A stretch of DNA of 64,000 nucleotides from Eledone cirrhosa (Eukaryota), in NCBI GenBank assembly GCA_964016885.1, contig OZ024741.1:191952001-192016000 (forward strand). Reading direction: 5' to 3'. Made by a program: the position numbers and the translations under genes. Under the pieces are notes generated by a model. That model did no database searches and had not been told where the DNA came from. It saw only the letters and a list, made by a program, of their open reading frames with translations. Shown piece by piece: positions 1 to 12,231 of this stretch (the first letter of the stretch is position 1; every line of letters begins with the position of its first letter).

Positions 1-9
1 CTGTCTGCC

Positions 10-48
<39 letters not shown>

Positions 49-51
<3 letters not shown>

Positions 52-215
52 ATCATCATCATTTTACGTCCACTTTTCCCTGCTTGCAAGGGTGGGACGG
101 GAACTGATTCTGGCTCGATTTCTACAGCTGGATGCCCTTCCTAACACCAACCTCATTTACAGTGAGTGCTGGGTGCTTTTATGCCATGGCACCTCCACGA
201 CCACTTTGCAGTGGA
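49..215 (-). mobile_element. 3' tail of RTE LINE or RTE-tailed SINE, ending in (GAT)n next to (TA)n
   Basis: Reverse complement matches the RTE 3' UTR at about 17100-17340 (GGTTGGTGTTAGGAAGGGCATCCAGCTGTAGAAA...GGACGTAAAATGATGATG). Confidence 0.75.
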
Positions 216-235
216 ATGATAAGGACCCCAATCCC

Positions 236-381
236 TATCATCTCATTTCTACAGCTGAGTAAACTGGAGCAACGTGAAATAAAGTGTCTTGCTCAAGGAA
301 ACAACACATCACCCGGTCTGAGAATTGAACTCACAACCTTTCGATTGCAAGGCCAATGCTCTAACCACTAAGCCATGTGCC
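236..381 (-). mobile_element. tRNA-derived SINE head and central domain
   Basis: Minus strand has A-box TGGCTTAGTGG and B-box GAGTTCAATTCTC, then TTTCCTTGAGCAAGACACTT. A relative lies at 56183-56280. Confidence 0.75.
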
Positions 382-429
382 CCCATATATATATATAATT
401 ATCCCCCATATATATATATAATTATCCCC

Positions 430-1400
430 ACCGTTTAATGTCCATTTTTCCATGCTAGCATGGGTTAGATGAGTTATCCTGTTGTGAAAAATGCGAAGTC
501 AGGTGACCATGTCTTGCTCATACGGAACTGATTTTGGCTTGGTTTCCACAACTGGATACCCTTCATAATGCAAACCACATTTACAGTGAGTACTGGTTGC
601 TTGTTGTCATGACATCTACATGACCACTTTACAGAGTGGGCTGGGTCTTGTGTCATCATCTTTGGGAGGTGCAATTGAGCAAGGTCAGCTTTTATCACCT
701 CATCCTAAGTCTCCCCGTTCCAAGGCTTCCATCGACTGAGTGCTCTGCAACTTTTTATACAGCTGTCATCCTTCATGCGCATCACACATCCATACCAACA
801 CAATCTCCTCCCCTGCACACTGAGCAAGGGGATCAGGGCTCTGTTTTCTCTTCTACTTACTAGGGCCTTAGTTTTGTCAGGTTGACTTTTCTGCAGTTCG
901 AAAATAAACAGGAGAAGACTAAGAACAGAGCCCTGGTGGACGCCAACCTGCACCCTAAATTCCTCGCTATAGTCATTGGTAATCCTAACTTTGCTGACTT
1001 GTACAGCCTTCACAAGCCATTCATCTACTCCTAGTTTTCTAAGAGCCCAAAAGATTATGGCACGGTGCCCTCTGTCAAAAGTTGTCTCCAGATCAATAAG
1101 GGCCGGGTAGAGCAGCTTACTTTTAGCTAGGTACTTTTCCTGTAACTGCTTCACCAGCAAGAGAGCATCTGTGGTGCTTTTACCTGGTACAAATCCGAAC
1201 TGCATTTCATTTAGATTTACCCAGTCCCTAATTAGCTGTGCTATAACTCTGTTACTTTCATGACCTGGTCCAACAATTTGATGCCTCTATAATTTCCTCT
1301 ATCTAGTGCATCTCCTTTATCTTTGTAGCAGTTGACAATGAGGCTGCTGTACCAATCATTCAGTATAACACCATTTAATTTTACTTTGTTTACAATACAT
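430..1400 (-). mobile_element. RTE LINE (PHD family), 5'-truncated and internally deleted
   Basis: ORFs 705-1205 and 1241-1483 carry NYRGIKL, QFGFVPGKSTTDA and GVHQGSVLS, collinear with 14554-17031. The 3' UTR is present. Confidence 0.9.
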
Positions 1401-1419
1401 GAGGTTAAGGTGTGACCGA

Positions 1420-1850
1420 CTGACCAACTGTGTGTGTGTGTGTAAAGTGGTTGGTTTGAGAAAGGCATCGTTGTAGAAACCATAGCAGAACTGGAACATA
1501 TATAAGCAAGACACGGCCCCCTCCAGTCAGTCTTGGATGACAGTGGCTCTGATTAAGTACTGACTTGGTCTGTGATAACCCAGTCAACACGAACCAACAT
1601 GGAAAAAAATGAACATCAAATTATCATGATATATATATATTTCATCATCAAGAATCAAATGTATTGTGCAAGAAAGAAAATTGTGCTGATACAGACATGA
1701 AGTGCACATGGAGGCAGCCAATTGCATTAAGAAATGCATAGAAGTAGAAGGAACTTGTGAAAGAGAAAGACCAAGTGGTGAAGGCTGACACTAAGAAGCT
1801 GAACCTCCCAAAGAAAATGACTCATGACAGGCTGTGCTGAAGAAGGCCCA
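1420..1850 (+). mobile_element. Decayed RTE 3' UTR and C-terminal fragments
   Basis: GTGGTTGG...AAAGGCATC...GTAGAAACC tail motif and a degenerate RT C-terminus. Confidence 0.5.
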
Positions 1851-2274
1851 TCTATTGGTGCTCATTAAGGTGATGGAAATGGGAGCTGGCTCTGTCGAAC
1901 ACTCCTGTTAAGTCTTAATCCAATTCTGTATATGCTCCCCACCCACCTATTACTCTTCCTCCTTTATATTCAATCCTCCATTATCATAATCACACCTTTT
2001 AATATCACCATCATCTACCTCTCTTTTACCAGCACTTCTCTGTTACTACTTCTAACCCCACTGCAACACCATTATCACACCCATTATTACATCATGCCCA
2101 TTATTATCACTACTCCTCTCACCTTAACTGATCTACCACTACACCATCACCAATTATTAATCTCACTAATTATCATGCCACTTCTCTCTCATCTCATTAC
2201 CATTTTACCTCTCTCACACCTGCACGTTTCCGTTACTTTATTATTAACACTCCTCTCTTTCACCACCAACCTTT

Positions 2275-3230
2275 TTTTTCTTTGCCAACTTATTCCTGAG
2301 AGGGTTGTCCTCAAACACTCCTTCCAGTGGCTCTTATCAGAAGCAACCGTCTCCATCTGATCTGGCTGAATCCCCTTGTGTGACCAGCCAAGTTCATAGA
2401 TGTTATCCAACCATCTTGCTCAGGGTCTACCTCTGGGTTTACTGCCAGTTGGTTTTGTCCATAAAATGTGTCCAGCGATTCTTTCCTTAGACATTCTAAC
2501 CACATGCCCATAGTATCACAGCTGCGATCTCTAAATTCAGAGAAGTAATGGCTCTACCTGGAGTGACTCTCTCATCTTCGAGCTACATACTCTATCGAGT
2601 AACGTTACTCCAAAGACCCTTCAGAGGAACCCCATTTCAACCCCTTGTATTCTTTCAGTCATTACCCCAAGATTAATGACCATAGGTAAGGTTTGGCATA
2701 AATACCGAATTGAAGATAGCAAGTTTGGCTTTTACACCTACCTCCCTTCTTCTAATTACCGCATGCACATTACTGCATCAGCTCCTGCAATTGTTACACT
2801 CAATTCAGCCTGCTGCCTTCCATCAATTATAAGAACAAGAATATACATCTTGGCAATATTCCAACGATTTCTCAAAGACCTACCGCAGTGTGAATATTTG
2901 GCCAGCTGTGCTGTTCATCAGCTAGCTTGGACTCGACAATTTCCTTGTATCTCTTTGCCAGACCCTTAGCATAGACTTTACCAGGGAGGTTTAACAAGGA
3001 GATCCCTCTGTAATTAGAACAATCTCTCTTATTTACCTTTTTGAAAATTGGGATTATCACTCCCAATTGCCATTGCTTAGGTGCCTTTCCAGAAATCCAG
3101 GCCACCCAGCACACACGAGTCAGCCAGAAAATACCTTCTCTATTTAATGCTTTTAACATCTCAAGCCGGATTTCATCTTCCCCAGCAGTCTTGCCAGATT
3201 TGAACTCTTTAACTCCTTTTGTGACCACTA
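2275..3230 (-). mobile_element. RTE LINE RT fragments (different families)
   Basis: ORF 2872-3240 has GEDEIRLEMLK and IIPIFKK...DCSNYRGISLL. ORF 2189-2410 has an RTE-like C-terminus. Confidence 0.8.
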
Positions 3231-4443
3231 AATTTAACACCCATCAAGACAACATATACATTCCTACTAACATCATTCTCTTATTATCCCATTGTAACTA
3301 TTAACATTTACCCAACACCCATATATGATACCATTACCATAATCATCATTTTCTTCCTAATGAGACTTCACTGTTGTTCACATTTCTATGTCGATATATA
3401 CCACTAGCTCTTATGATGACGCTCACACCTATTGCTCAATCTCCTACCATCAAACAACCAATGAATCCCTTTTTCCCCTTTCACATTCATATTCATTCTT
3501 TGCCCTGAGGAACAGTTGTCATTCACTATTCTCACCATCACTTCTTGGTTGCTAATCAGCACCAGTCAACATGTAGCTACCATTACCTCTCTCTCTCTCC
3601 TACCACCCTATCACCTTTTCCCTCTTCACATCCATACTCATACTTTTTACTCATTTAACTTCTTGGCCATCACTCTTCTTCAAATTACATTATTGCTTTA
3701 AAAGAATGACAACAGACTAGAAAAGACTATTTTTCTATGCAGAAGAAAAGGCAACCTTTCTAGTGTAGACATCAAGATATAATGCACCCAATATACTCCA
3801 TAAAATGGTTGATGATTAAACAAAGACATCATAAGGTATAGTCAGTACACTGTTAAGTAGTTGGTGTTAGGAAATGCATCAAAACGTAAAAATCGTGTTA
3901 AAAATTGAAACACACAAGTGGGACGTGGTTCCTCTAACCCATCAAGGCGGGAAGTCACCACCACATTATTCTCATTCTTGAAGACTTTTGCTTTGGAACA
4001 AGACAACCTCTATAATGTGGGTGCCATTGCAAAATACACTTGATCTCTTTAGAGTAAAGGAGGGCTCTTCAGTGAAGTCAATGACTTGACGTCCCTGGTG
4101 CTGGTGCTACGATAAAGTGCACCAACCTTGCCAAAATTTAAAGGTATGTAAATAAGACATGAACCCCGAATAATAAGCTCTGGTTAAATAACCTAAGCCA
4201 GCAAAGCAAAACGTACGTAAAATTATAATCTGTGTGAAACAGTATAAGTCCTGTGGAAGTTTTTTCTATTTGAAATAAATTTTGTAAACTCCCTACTTGA
4301 TGTTTTGAGCACCTTATTTAACTATGGACTTCTTCCGTTCATCGGCAGAAAAACATTCCCTCTCTCTTATATGTGTGTGTGTGAATGAGAGAAATAGAGA
4401 GAGATGGGACGGCTATACAAATGATAGAAATAAAACTCAAAAC

Positions 4444-4613
4444 ATGGGTAGAGTGGTGTACATATCTGTGGAGCTATATCAGTGACTCGCGGTGAGTTTC
4501 CTGATTAAATGCACTTTTCAAAATCGGTTTGAAAAGTACATTTAAGCACGAAACTCATGGCTCTTGAGTTACTGGTGTAGTTTCACTTTATATGTGTGTC
4601 ATTATGTGTTCAT
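4444..4613. repeat. Imperfect ~170-bp palindrome (old MITE or foldback) in PP1 intron 1
   Basis: TGAGTTTCCTGATTAAATGCACTTTTCAAA-atcgg-TTTGAAAAGTACATTTAAGCACGAAACTCA, with outer arms GTGGAGCTATATCAGTGACTC / GAGTTACTGGTGTAGTTTCAC. Confidence 0.7.
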
Positions 4614-5321
4614 TCTGGTGTGAATAGCAAAGTAGAGAATGAATATTCGATAACGTTGAATAGAATAATATATAATCGAAATCAGTCTATGTGAGTTGCT
4701 TCTCAATTTCTTGTTAATGATCTTTACTTGCCAGATGATAGATAACGAAAAACTCCGAGGAGCTATTCACACTATAGCTATTAATACGTATGTGTACATA
4801 CACATATTTTAAGTTTGTGATTTAGATTTGCTTAACTCAAAGTTATTGAACTAAAGAGCTATATATGTATTAAGTTTAAAATCTAAGCCAAGTAGTTATA
4901 TATATATAATTTGGTTCCCTCTTTCTCTCGTATGTGTGTGTGCGTGTATCTATCTATCTATATATATATTAGTTCCCTTTCTCTGGTGTGTGTGTGTATA
5001 AATATATATAATATACACACACATACATACATATATAGACAGTTATATTTATACGCATTATATATATATATATAATATATATGTATGCGTGTGTAAGAGA
5101 GATAGATTGCAGTCGTGTAGTAACATAACTAGTAGAGTCATAACTGGTACCCATGTCATTGCCGACGCCCCAGAATGACCCGTGGTATAAAACACAATAA
5201 AACCTATAACAAAATACAAGCACAGAAGCTGCAGTTCAATAAAGCCAGTTACATTACTGGTTCCAAATCATCAAGAAGATACTAGAAAAATACATTATTA
5301 AATGAATTATCGTCTTCATAC

Positions 5322-5373
5322 CTTCCAGCAATCGTTGAATAAGGCTGTCGACATTAAACTCATTATCCGCCAT
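5322..5373 (-). CDS. PPP1CB: First coding exon of Ser/Thr protein phosphatase 1 catalytic subunit (PP1-beta-like); other exons not found in the window
   Basis: Minus strand ATG at 5373 gives MADNEFNVDSLIQRLLE plus one G, then donor GTATGA (phase 1, 52 nt). This matches the animal PP1-beta N-terminus MADGELNVDSLITRLLEV and its first intron position. Confidence 0.9.
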
Positions 5374-5410
5374 TTTAGAAGTGTCCGATTAACAGGCCGC
5401 GCATGCGTAA
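5366..5410 (-). promoter_or_regulatory. PP1 proximal promoter: NRF1-like site and YY1/TISU-like motif over the start codon
   Basis: CGCGCATGCG at 5398-5407, about 25 nt upstream of the ATG; AAAATGGCGG spans the ATG. Confidence 0.55.
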
Positions 5411-5519
5411 CAGCGTATATATAACTGTTTATAGACTTACAGTTTCAATAGTAGAGACTATTTTGAATAGTGCGACTGCGAATTATATACTACCAACAGT
5501 CAGCCTTCGAAGAGGCTTC

Positions 5520-5985
5520 TATGTGCCCGTTCGACCTGCTAGAAATAACGACCAAATTTTCCTCAAATCTCAGCCTACTGACTTTATATAATATAGTCCA
5601 GAAAGACTTGGATAGTCACAGTTGTAATGCTTAATTAGTGCAATCTGTGACTAAACAGCAATTAGGCCTAATACTACTTCAATTAAGGGCGCATAAAAAT
5701 GTGATCGACCTCTTTGAAACAAAAGATAATGATGTTAAATATATATATATAATTTTTTAAAGAATCACGAAGTGTCAATTAAAAAAGCTAACGGTGGTGG
5801 GATCCTCGATCTGCTAGAAATAACAGCTAAATTTCCCACGAATCACTGTCTACTGTGAAGTAAAAGACAGTTATATTAGATAATGTAATACTTGATATAT
5901 TATGTCTTAAAAGATTTGGTGGTTATAGTTTATTTATAGTTAAACAGTAACAAGCGAGTTCCAGCTTGGCGTTAATCGCAAGAAT
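5520..5985. mobile_element. Two diverged copies of a SINE-like repeat
   Basis: Shared TCGA.CTGCTAGAAATAAC...AAATTT.C...AATC...CTACTG at about 5531 and 5806. Confidence 0.5.
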
Positions 5986-6231
5986 TAAAGCAAACTAAAT
6001 ATTGTAGTTAGTATTAACACATCTAAAGCAAGGTACATGAAGTATTTAACTGGAAATGGTGGTGAGTCAATTATTAAGATTATTTCAGAGAGTATGGAAA
6101 ACATCAGTGAACAAGTTACGGTATTATAATTACCTTATTAACGAAGCATAGCTTTCATTGTATTTCTTGTAGGGTAGAGAAAAAAAGAATCTATAATATT
6201 TACATAACAATGTAACATATGTATGTATAAT

Positions 6232-8255
6232 GCTCATGTGGGTAGTGATCACGAGACGTGGGACGTCCTCGGTCCATATGGTATTGGTAAAATGAACACC
6301 AATGGCCTGGGGCTGCTTGAACTCTGCTCAGAACTCAACTTTACCATCTGCAACACTTTTCCGTCTGAAGCTCAAATATAAAGCTGCCTGGTATCATCCA
6401 AGATCCAAGCATGGACACATAATTGATTTCATCATCACTTGTAAATGAGAGCTAAGTGATGTGTATACAGTGCATGTGTTGCGTAGTGCAGAATATGGCA
6501 CTGACCACAAATTAGATGAGTATCTGCAAAAGAATTCATATGAGTGGCGTGAAATCACCGAAACACATTGATGTCACCAAACTGAGGCAAGCAGATGTAC
6601 GTGCAACCCTAACTGGAAAATTTGATGGTTTTGATTTTGATGGCACCTGGGAAAACTTTAGAGATCAAGTTTACTCAAGGTACTTGACTTCAGAACCAAG
6701 AAACACCAGGACTGCTTCGAAGACAACAATCCTAATATCAATCAGCTATTGAAAACCAAGCACACTCTCTATGAGAAGCTCCTGAATCAGAATCTCGTAA
6801 CACAACCAGCTGTCAGGAAAGCCAACAAGGATCACAAGGCAACACTGCAGCGCGAACTGCACAGGATGCAAAATGAGTGGTGGAGTAATATCTTTTCGGA
6901 TATTCCTGCTCCTACGCTTTTCTCCATCCTCTTTGCTGCCTTGCTCACACATGCTTTCCATGATTGTGACAGAGGCATTCTCTTACAGTTCCGAACCACT
7001 GGAAAGGTTTTCAACTTAAGAAGGTTTAATGTCAAGACAAAAACTTTTCAAGCTTTGATCAGAGACCTTTACGCCGACGATGATGACTTCCTAGCACACA
7101 CAGAAGCTGACATGCAACGCATTATGGACCGTTTCTCGTCCTCATGTACAGCATTTGGGCTTACAATCAGCCTTAAAAAGACCAAAGTAATGTTTACTCC
7201 TGCTCCTGGAGAACCATATACTGAACCCCGTATCATGGTTAATGGAACCAGGTTGGTAGTAGTAGATGAATTTGTCTACTTGAGTAACACACTCTCAAAT
7301 GATGGCTTCTTGCATGCTGAAATACATCTGTGCATCCAGAAGGCCTCTGTTGCCTTCGGAAAATTGGAAAAGAGAATTAGGTCAAATCGCAACAATACCA
7401 AGGTGTGCATGTATAGATCATGTATTCTGTCTGCTCTTTTATACTGCGCCGAAACCTGGACGTTATTCCAAAAACACACCAAATTGGTTGAGCGTTTTCA
7501 GCAGAAATGTTTAAGGCACATATTCAACATCAAGTGGCAAGACAGAACTCCAGACATCCATGTGCTTATCAAAGCAGAATGTCCAAGCATTGAGTCCCAA
7601 GTAACATCTTCTCAAGTGCACTGGACAGGACGTATCGTTCACATGAAAGAAAGCAGGATCCCGAAGCAACTGTTTTACCGTGAACTCCATCTTGGAAAAA
7701 AGCCTCAACACAAACTGAAAATGAGGTTCAAGGACCACCTCAAAGAGCTGGCATTTGATATAGAAAACTGGGAGGAAATAGCTCTAAATAAGGCTGAGTG
7801 TAGAAAGCGCATAAAGGGCAGTTGCAAAATTTTTGAGGAATGTCACCTAGACCATAAACAACTGATGTCTTGATGAAGTCATCAGTAGTTAGACATGCAA
7901 TTTCTGTATACTCCTCTCAAAGGCTGGTTATGTTAATCACCTGAAGTCACATGAAAGGATAACCATCCGCAACACAACTCAACAAAGTCTTGGTGAATCA
8001 ATGTGTGTGATATGAAACAAAGTGTGCAGAACTAGTTCCAGACTAAAAAACACTTGGTGGTACATAAAGATTCTGTCCCACAGGGTGACCCCACCATTCC
8101 TGTGGAAAGCACAACCCTCTTCTGTCACCTGTGTTATAAACCATGCAGATCTACAGCTGGCTTACAAAGTCATCTACGAAGTCATGGACGCAGATGGGAT
8201 GATAACGAAGAATCAATAAGAGATGACAATTGTCTGTGAAGATGCTGCAATCCTC
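6232..8255 (+). mobile_element. RTE (BovB-like) LINE relic: partial APE endonuclease, deleted RT N-half, C2H2-finger tail
   Basis: Endonuclease WYHPRSKHGH.IDF remnant. ORF 6749-7873 has PAPTLF, LYADD, LLYCAETW and RIPKQLFY. Tail has CHLC...AGLQSHLRSH. Confidence 0.9.
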
Positions 8256-8266
8256 ATGTATGCATG

Positions 8267-10081
8267 TTCTTCTGGTTTTATAATTTTGCAAATTTTTGCC
8301 AATAGAGAGAGTCGGTTTCTAGCATAGACACAAGACTCTCTCATTGGAATTTACACATCAACTAGGTAGATGTGTATGCATGTCTGCATGCATGCATGTG
8401 TGTACAGGTATGGATGTTATTGTATGTGTGGATGTGGATGTTTTGCTTTGTATCTGTACATGTGTATATACAATTATTAGATGCAGAATTTTTGGAATGT
8501 TTTACATATTTTTACTGTTTGATTATTAGATTGTCCTTCTAATTTCCTAACTAGTCGTGTTCTTTCTGTGAAGTCTAGCTTCTCAAAATTTGTATTGAGG
8601 CAGTTACTAACATATCCCAGTGCCCCAATAGTTACAGGCATAAATCTGAAGGTATATTCAGGGTGGAGTATCTGCAGATTTCTCATTACTTCTGCATAAA
8701 TATTCTCCTTTTCACTAATCTTTAATATTATATTGGCATCTGCTAGGCAGCTAACTTCCACTACTGTGCATGCCTTCTTTACACTGTCCCATATAATTAT
8801 ATCTGGTCTGTTATGCCTGCATTTTATTGGGGTTTTTACTGGAACATTCCACCAGTACTCTTTCATATTATGTACATGGATGTCTTCCACATTGCTGTAG
8901 CTTTTAATGTGTTTATTATCGGGGCTATCTTTTCTACGGATTGTATTGTACAGTGTTTTGGCCACTACATCATGCCTCATAGGTAGATAGCACCGCAATG
9001 ACATCTTTGGACAGCTGCTGATGACATGGGTGATATCTTCGATGGTGATTCTGCAGAGTCCGCACTTGTTGTCACATCTAGGTGTTTTGCCTGCAGCCCT
9101 ATCTCTTTTGTGAATCAGGTATTTCGTGTTGATTTCCTGTTCCTGGATTGCAAAAGTGTATCCTTCAAAGTGGGAGCCAATATAGCGGTTGTTGATCCAA
9201 GATAGACTACTTTCCTTATCTATATTACTCTCACTATGGAGCTTCCTGGCAACATATCCATGCATGACTTTTTGCTGATAAGCATGCAGTTTTTTATCCA
9301 TGGATTCACTGTGGTACTGCTGAGCGACTTCCCTGGGTGTGAGTTTTTGATTATCACACAGGGAATATCTCTCGAGGAGTTCTTTCCCAACTCTCATGAT
9401 CTTATCTGTCTCATGCAGATAGACTTGCTCGAGAGAGGGCTCCTATGCTTCGAGGTTCGTAAATGTTGTCGGAGGGGTATGATGCGACATTCAAATAATG
9501 TTTGGACTGATGTTAGACCTCTGCCTCCCTGCTTACGTTTCAAGTAGAGGCGGTCTATGTCACTGTTGATGTGGAAGTTTCCGGTGTTGTTTAGTATTTT
9601 TCGAGTCCTAACTTCAATTGCTTGGATTTCGTCTATCGTCCAATTGAGTATTCCAAACATTGGTGTTAGGACAGGCACAGCAAACACATTGTGAGCCACT
9701 GTTTTATGGTGTGCAGAGAGTTCTGATGACCATATTTTTCTTAATCAGGTGTAATATTCCCTGGTTACGCGTTCCTTATTACAGATACCATTATAGGATA
9801 TGTTCTCATCTATCCCCAGGTATCTGTAGCAGTCCTCATCAGATATCGGTGAAACAGTTAGGTCATTGATGACAATGTTGCTATATTGGGTTGTTGTTTT
9901 TCGCCGCTTTACAGTCATATAAGAACATTTATCTTGGCCAAACTCCATTCCTATATTATTTGAGAATGTTGTAACCAGGTCAAGATTTTTCTTCATCTCA
10001 TCTATGTTCTTGGCATAGAGTTTCAGATCATCCACAAATAAATTATGGGTTAAGTTCGTATTTCTGTCCTCCCGTGAGCCA
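8267..10081 (-). mobile_element. Dong/R4-like REL-endonuclease LINE, 5'-truncated
   Basis: DDLKLYAK, YRYLG, RKQGGRGL, CCHC knuckle (CGLC...HVISSC), RHDVVA, RPDIIIWD...VEVS. Flanked by (TATG)n. Confidence 0.9.
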
Positions 10082-10095
10082 ATGTATGTATGTAT

Positions 10096-10600
10096 GTGAC
10101 AACAACTGAGGGCCTTTCACTCCCAGGTGAAAAAAAAAAAAAGTACTATTTGGATGGCCGTTGACTCTGCTGAGTTCCTCCACCCTTTGCCAAGTCTAGT
10201 ATTTCATCCCACAGAGTGTCCAAATATCCTCACATAGCAAGCTTACTGGGGTTGCCGGTTTAGTCGGTGACGACCCGACCATGAGACAGGTTGTACTGGG
10301 TTGCATGTTACCAGTAGCACTCGAGTGCTTTCTAAGAGGGAAACTCTGAAAAAAAACCTGCGGCTTCGGAAGCATCCAATGATGTTGACAAGTTCTCCTT
10401 TTCGGGTAGTGTTTTTGATGCTCAGAAGGTGGGATTGGTCGAGTGCAAGGCCTTTCTGAACTTAAAAAACGTTCAAAGCACAGGCATTGCTTGTTCAGGT
10501 TATGTTACAGGTTTGTGTGGCTGGCTGTAGCCTAAAGGTGCACGACTTTCTGTAATCTGAGAAGTGATTCCAATACTCTTAGCAGAGTTTGTAGCCATCA
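10096..10600 (+). mobile_element. Non-autonomous bipartite RTE derivative (5' UTR plus 3' end) with an inverted 5' segment
   Basis: 10096-10324 is the reverse complement of about 22190-22350. 10326-10550 matches 22357-22580 directly. 10552-10600 matches the RTE terminus at 25432-25482. Confidence 0.8.
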
Positions 10601-10602
10601 TG

Positions 10603-10618
10603 TGTATATATATATGTG

Positions 10619-10705
<87 letters not shown>

Positions 10706-10712
10706 TATATAT
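10603..10712. repeat. (TA)n microsatellite
   Basis: Seen directly. It produces the spurious YIYI start of ORF 10564-11958. Confidence 0.95.
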
Positions 10713-12225
10713 AAATAACCAAAAAATAGAAAAACTACGCAAAGATATAAGAAAACTACTACTCAAAATAGGACTAACTATAACATATGAACACAACCTT
10801 AAAGTAGTTAACTTCCTGGATGTCACACTCAATTTAAACTCTGGTCTGATTAAACCGTTTCATAAATTGAATGAAAATCTCAAGTACGTAAATGTTGGGT
10901 CTAACCACCCCATCTCTATAATTAAATCTATCCCTAAAAATATTTCCCTTAGAATCTCGGGCCTATCTTCTAACATACAAGTATTTAAGGAACACGCCGA
11001 GTACTACGATAACGCCCTTAGTAAAGCAGGCTACCTCAACAAAATAGAATATATAGATGAAAACAATCAAAACACCCAAAATAAATCCAACATAGGTAGA
11101 AATAATAACACAACACCAAACCACACTTACTACCATAGTGTACACACCAGTAAACCAACAAACAAAACTAATAGAAAGCGATGCAAAGAGTACTTATGGT
11201 ATAACCCTGAATACAACAGTTCCATTAGTACAAATTTACCAGTACTCTTCTTTAAAATAGTTATGAAACATTTTCCTACATCACACAAATACCATAAAAT
11301 CCTAAACCCTACCACTATAAGACTGTCATACTCTACAGTGTTAAACCTTGAACAACACATAAAAAAGATCAATACTAGAAGGTTAAACGAAAACACTAAA
11401 AACTTAAGTACAAAGAACACAAAAAAAACAGTAGACAATACACTACAGAACATAAATAAACCACACCTAAGTTCGTCTGCAATACTACTCCAGAGTAAAC
11501 CTAACTACAAAACCAACGTACACAACCGTAACTGCACCTATCCTGACAATTGCCCCCTTGGCAATAACTGCCTTGAAAAAAATATCATCTATAAGTGTAC
11601 CATTGAATCCGGAGGCAACGAGTGGTACTACGTGGGATCAACGGCAACATCGTTTAAATCTCGATTATATAGGCATTCTTACTCAATAAAACACCAGAGC
11701 CAAAGAAATGTAACAACTTTAGCAGATAAAGCTTGGACACTCAGGGATAGCGATCAAAAGTTTACCCTAAAATGGGAGAAATTAGCTAAAACCCAAAGCT
11801 TTTCCAGGAGCCAAAATTTCTGCAAATTATGTAATCTTGAGATTTATTACATAATCACACACAAGAAGAAATTGCTTAATAACAGAATTGAACGAACATT
11901 ATTTTGCCGTCACCGAACTAAAACCCTTTTTTCCCACTACAAGCTGAATATTACATAAACGAGGGACATCCTCCCAACTATACAAATCCTCAATCTAGTT
12001 AGAAAAATATAAAAACAATCACTTCTCAACATATATATGTACTATTAATAACCTTAAATTATCAGACTAATAATGGATAAATATGCTGGTGAGAATAGGT
12101 GCGAATATGCTATAATGAATGTGTCTAAAAGCGACCATATGTATGTATATATGTGAAAATGTATATAAATAAGAAAATAAGTGGGTGAGTGTATATATAT
12201 ATATATGTTTGATGTGTATAATTAA
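10713..12225 (+). mobile_element. Penelope-like element, Naiad-type, 5'-truncated (RT C-terminus plus GIY-YIG; frame open to 11958)
   Basis: VNFLDVTLNL, YVNVGSNHP, WYNPEY, linker C-x5-CPLGNNC, IIYKC...YYVGST..FKSR, CKLCNLE, CRH. Confidence 0.9.
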
Positions 12226-12231
12226 ATGTGT

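Noticed and set aside
236-381. tRNA gene (also 56183-56280)
   Set aside because: A and B boxes run into SINE body with no acceptor stem.
1-5321. PP1 exon 2
   Set aside because: No RG.RPGK or LLELEAP coding found on the minus strand; it presumably lies beyond position 1.
10564-11958. 464-aa ORF as a novel fusion protein
   Set aside because: A stop-free (TA)n tract joins an RTE tail to a truncated Penelope frame by chance.
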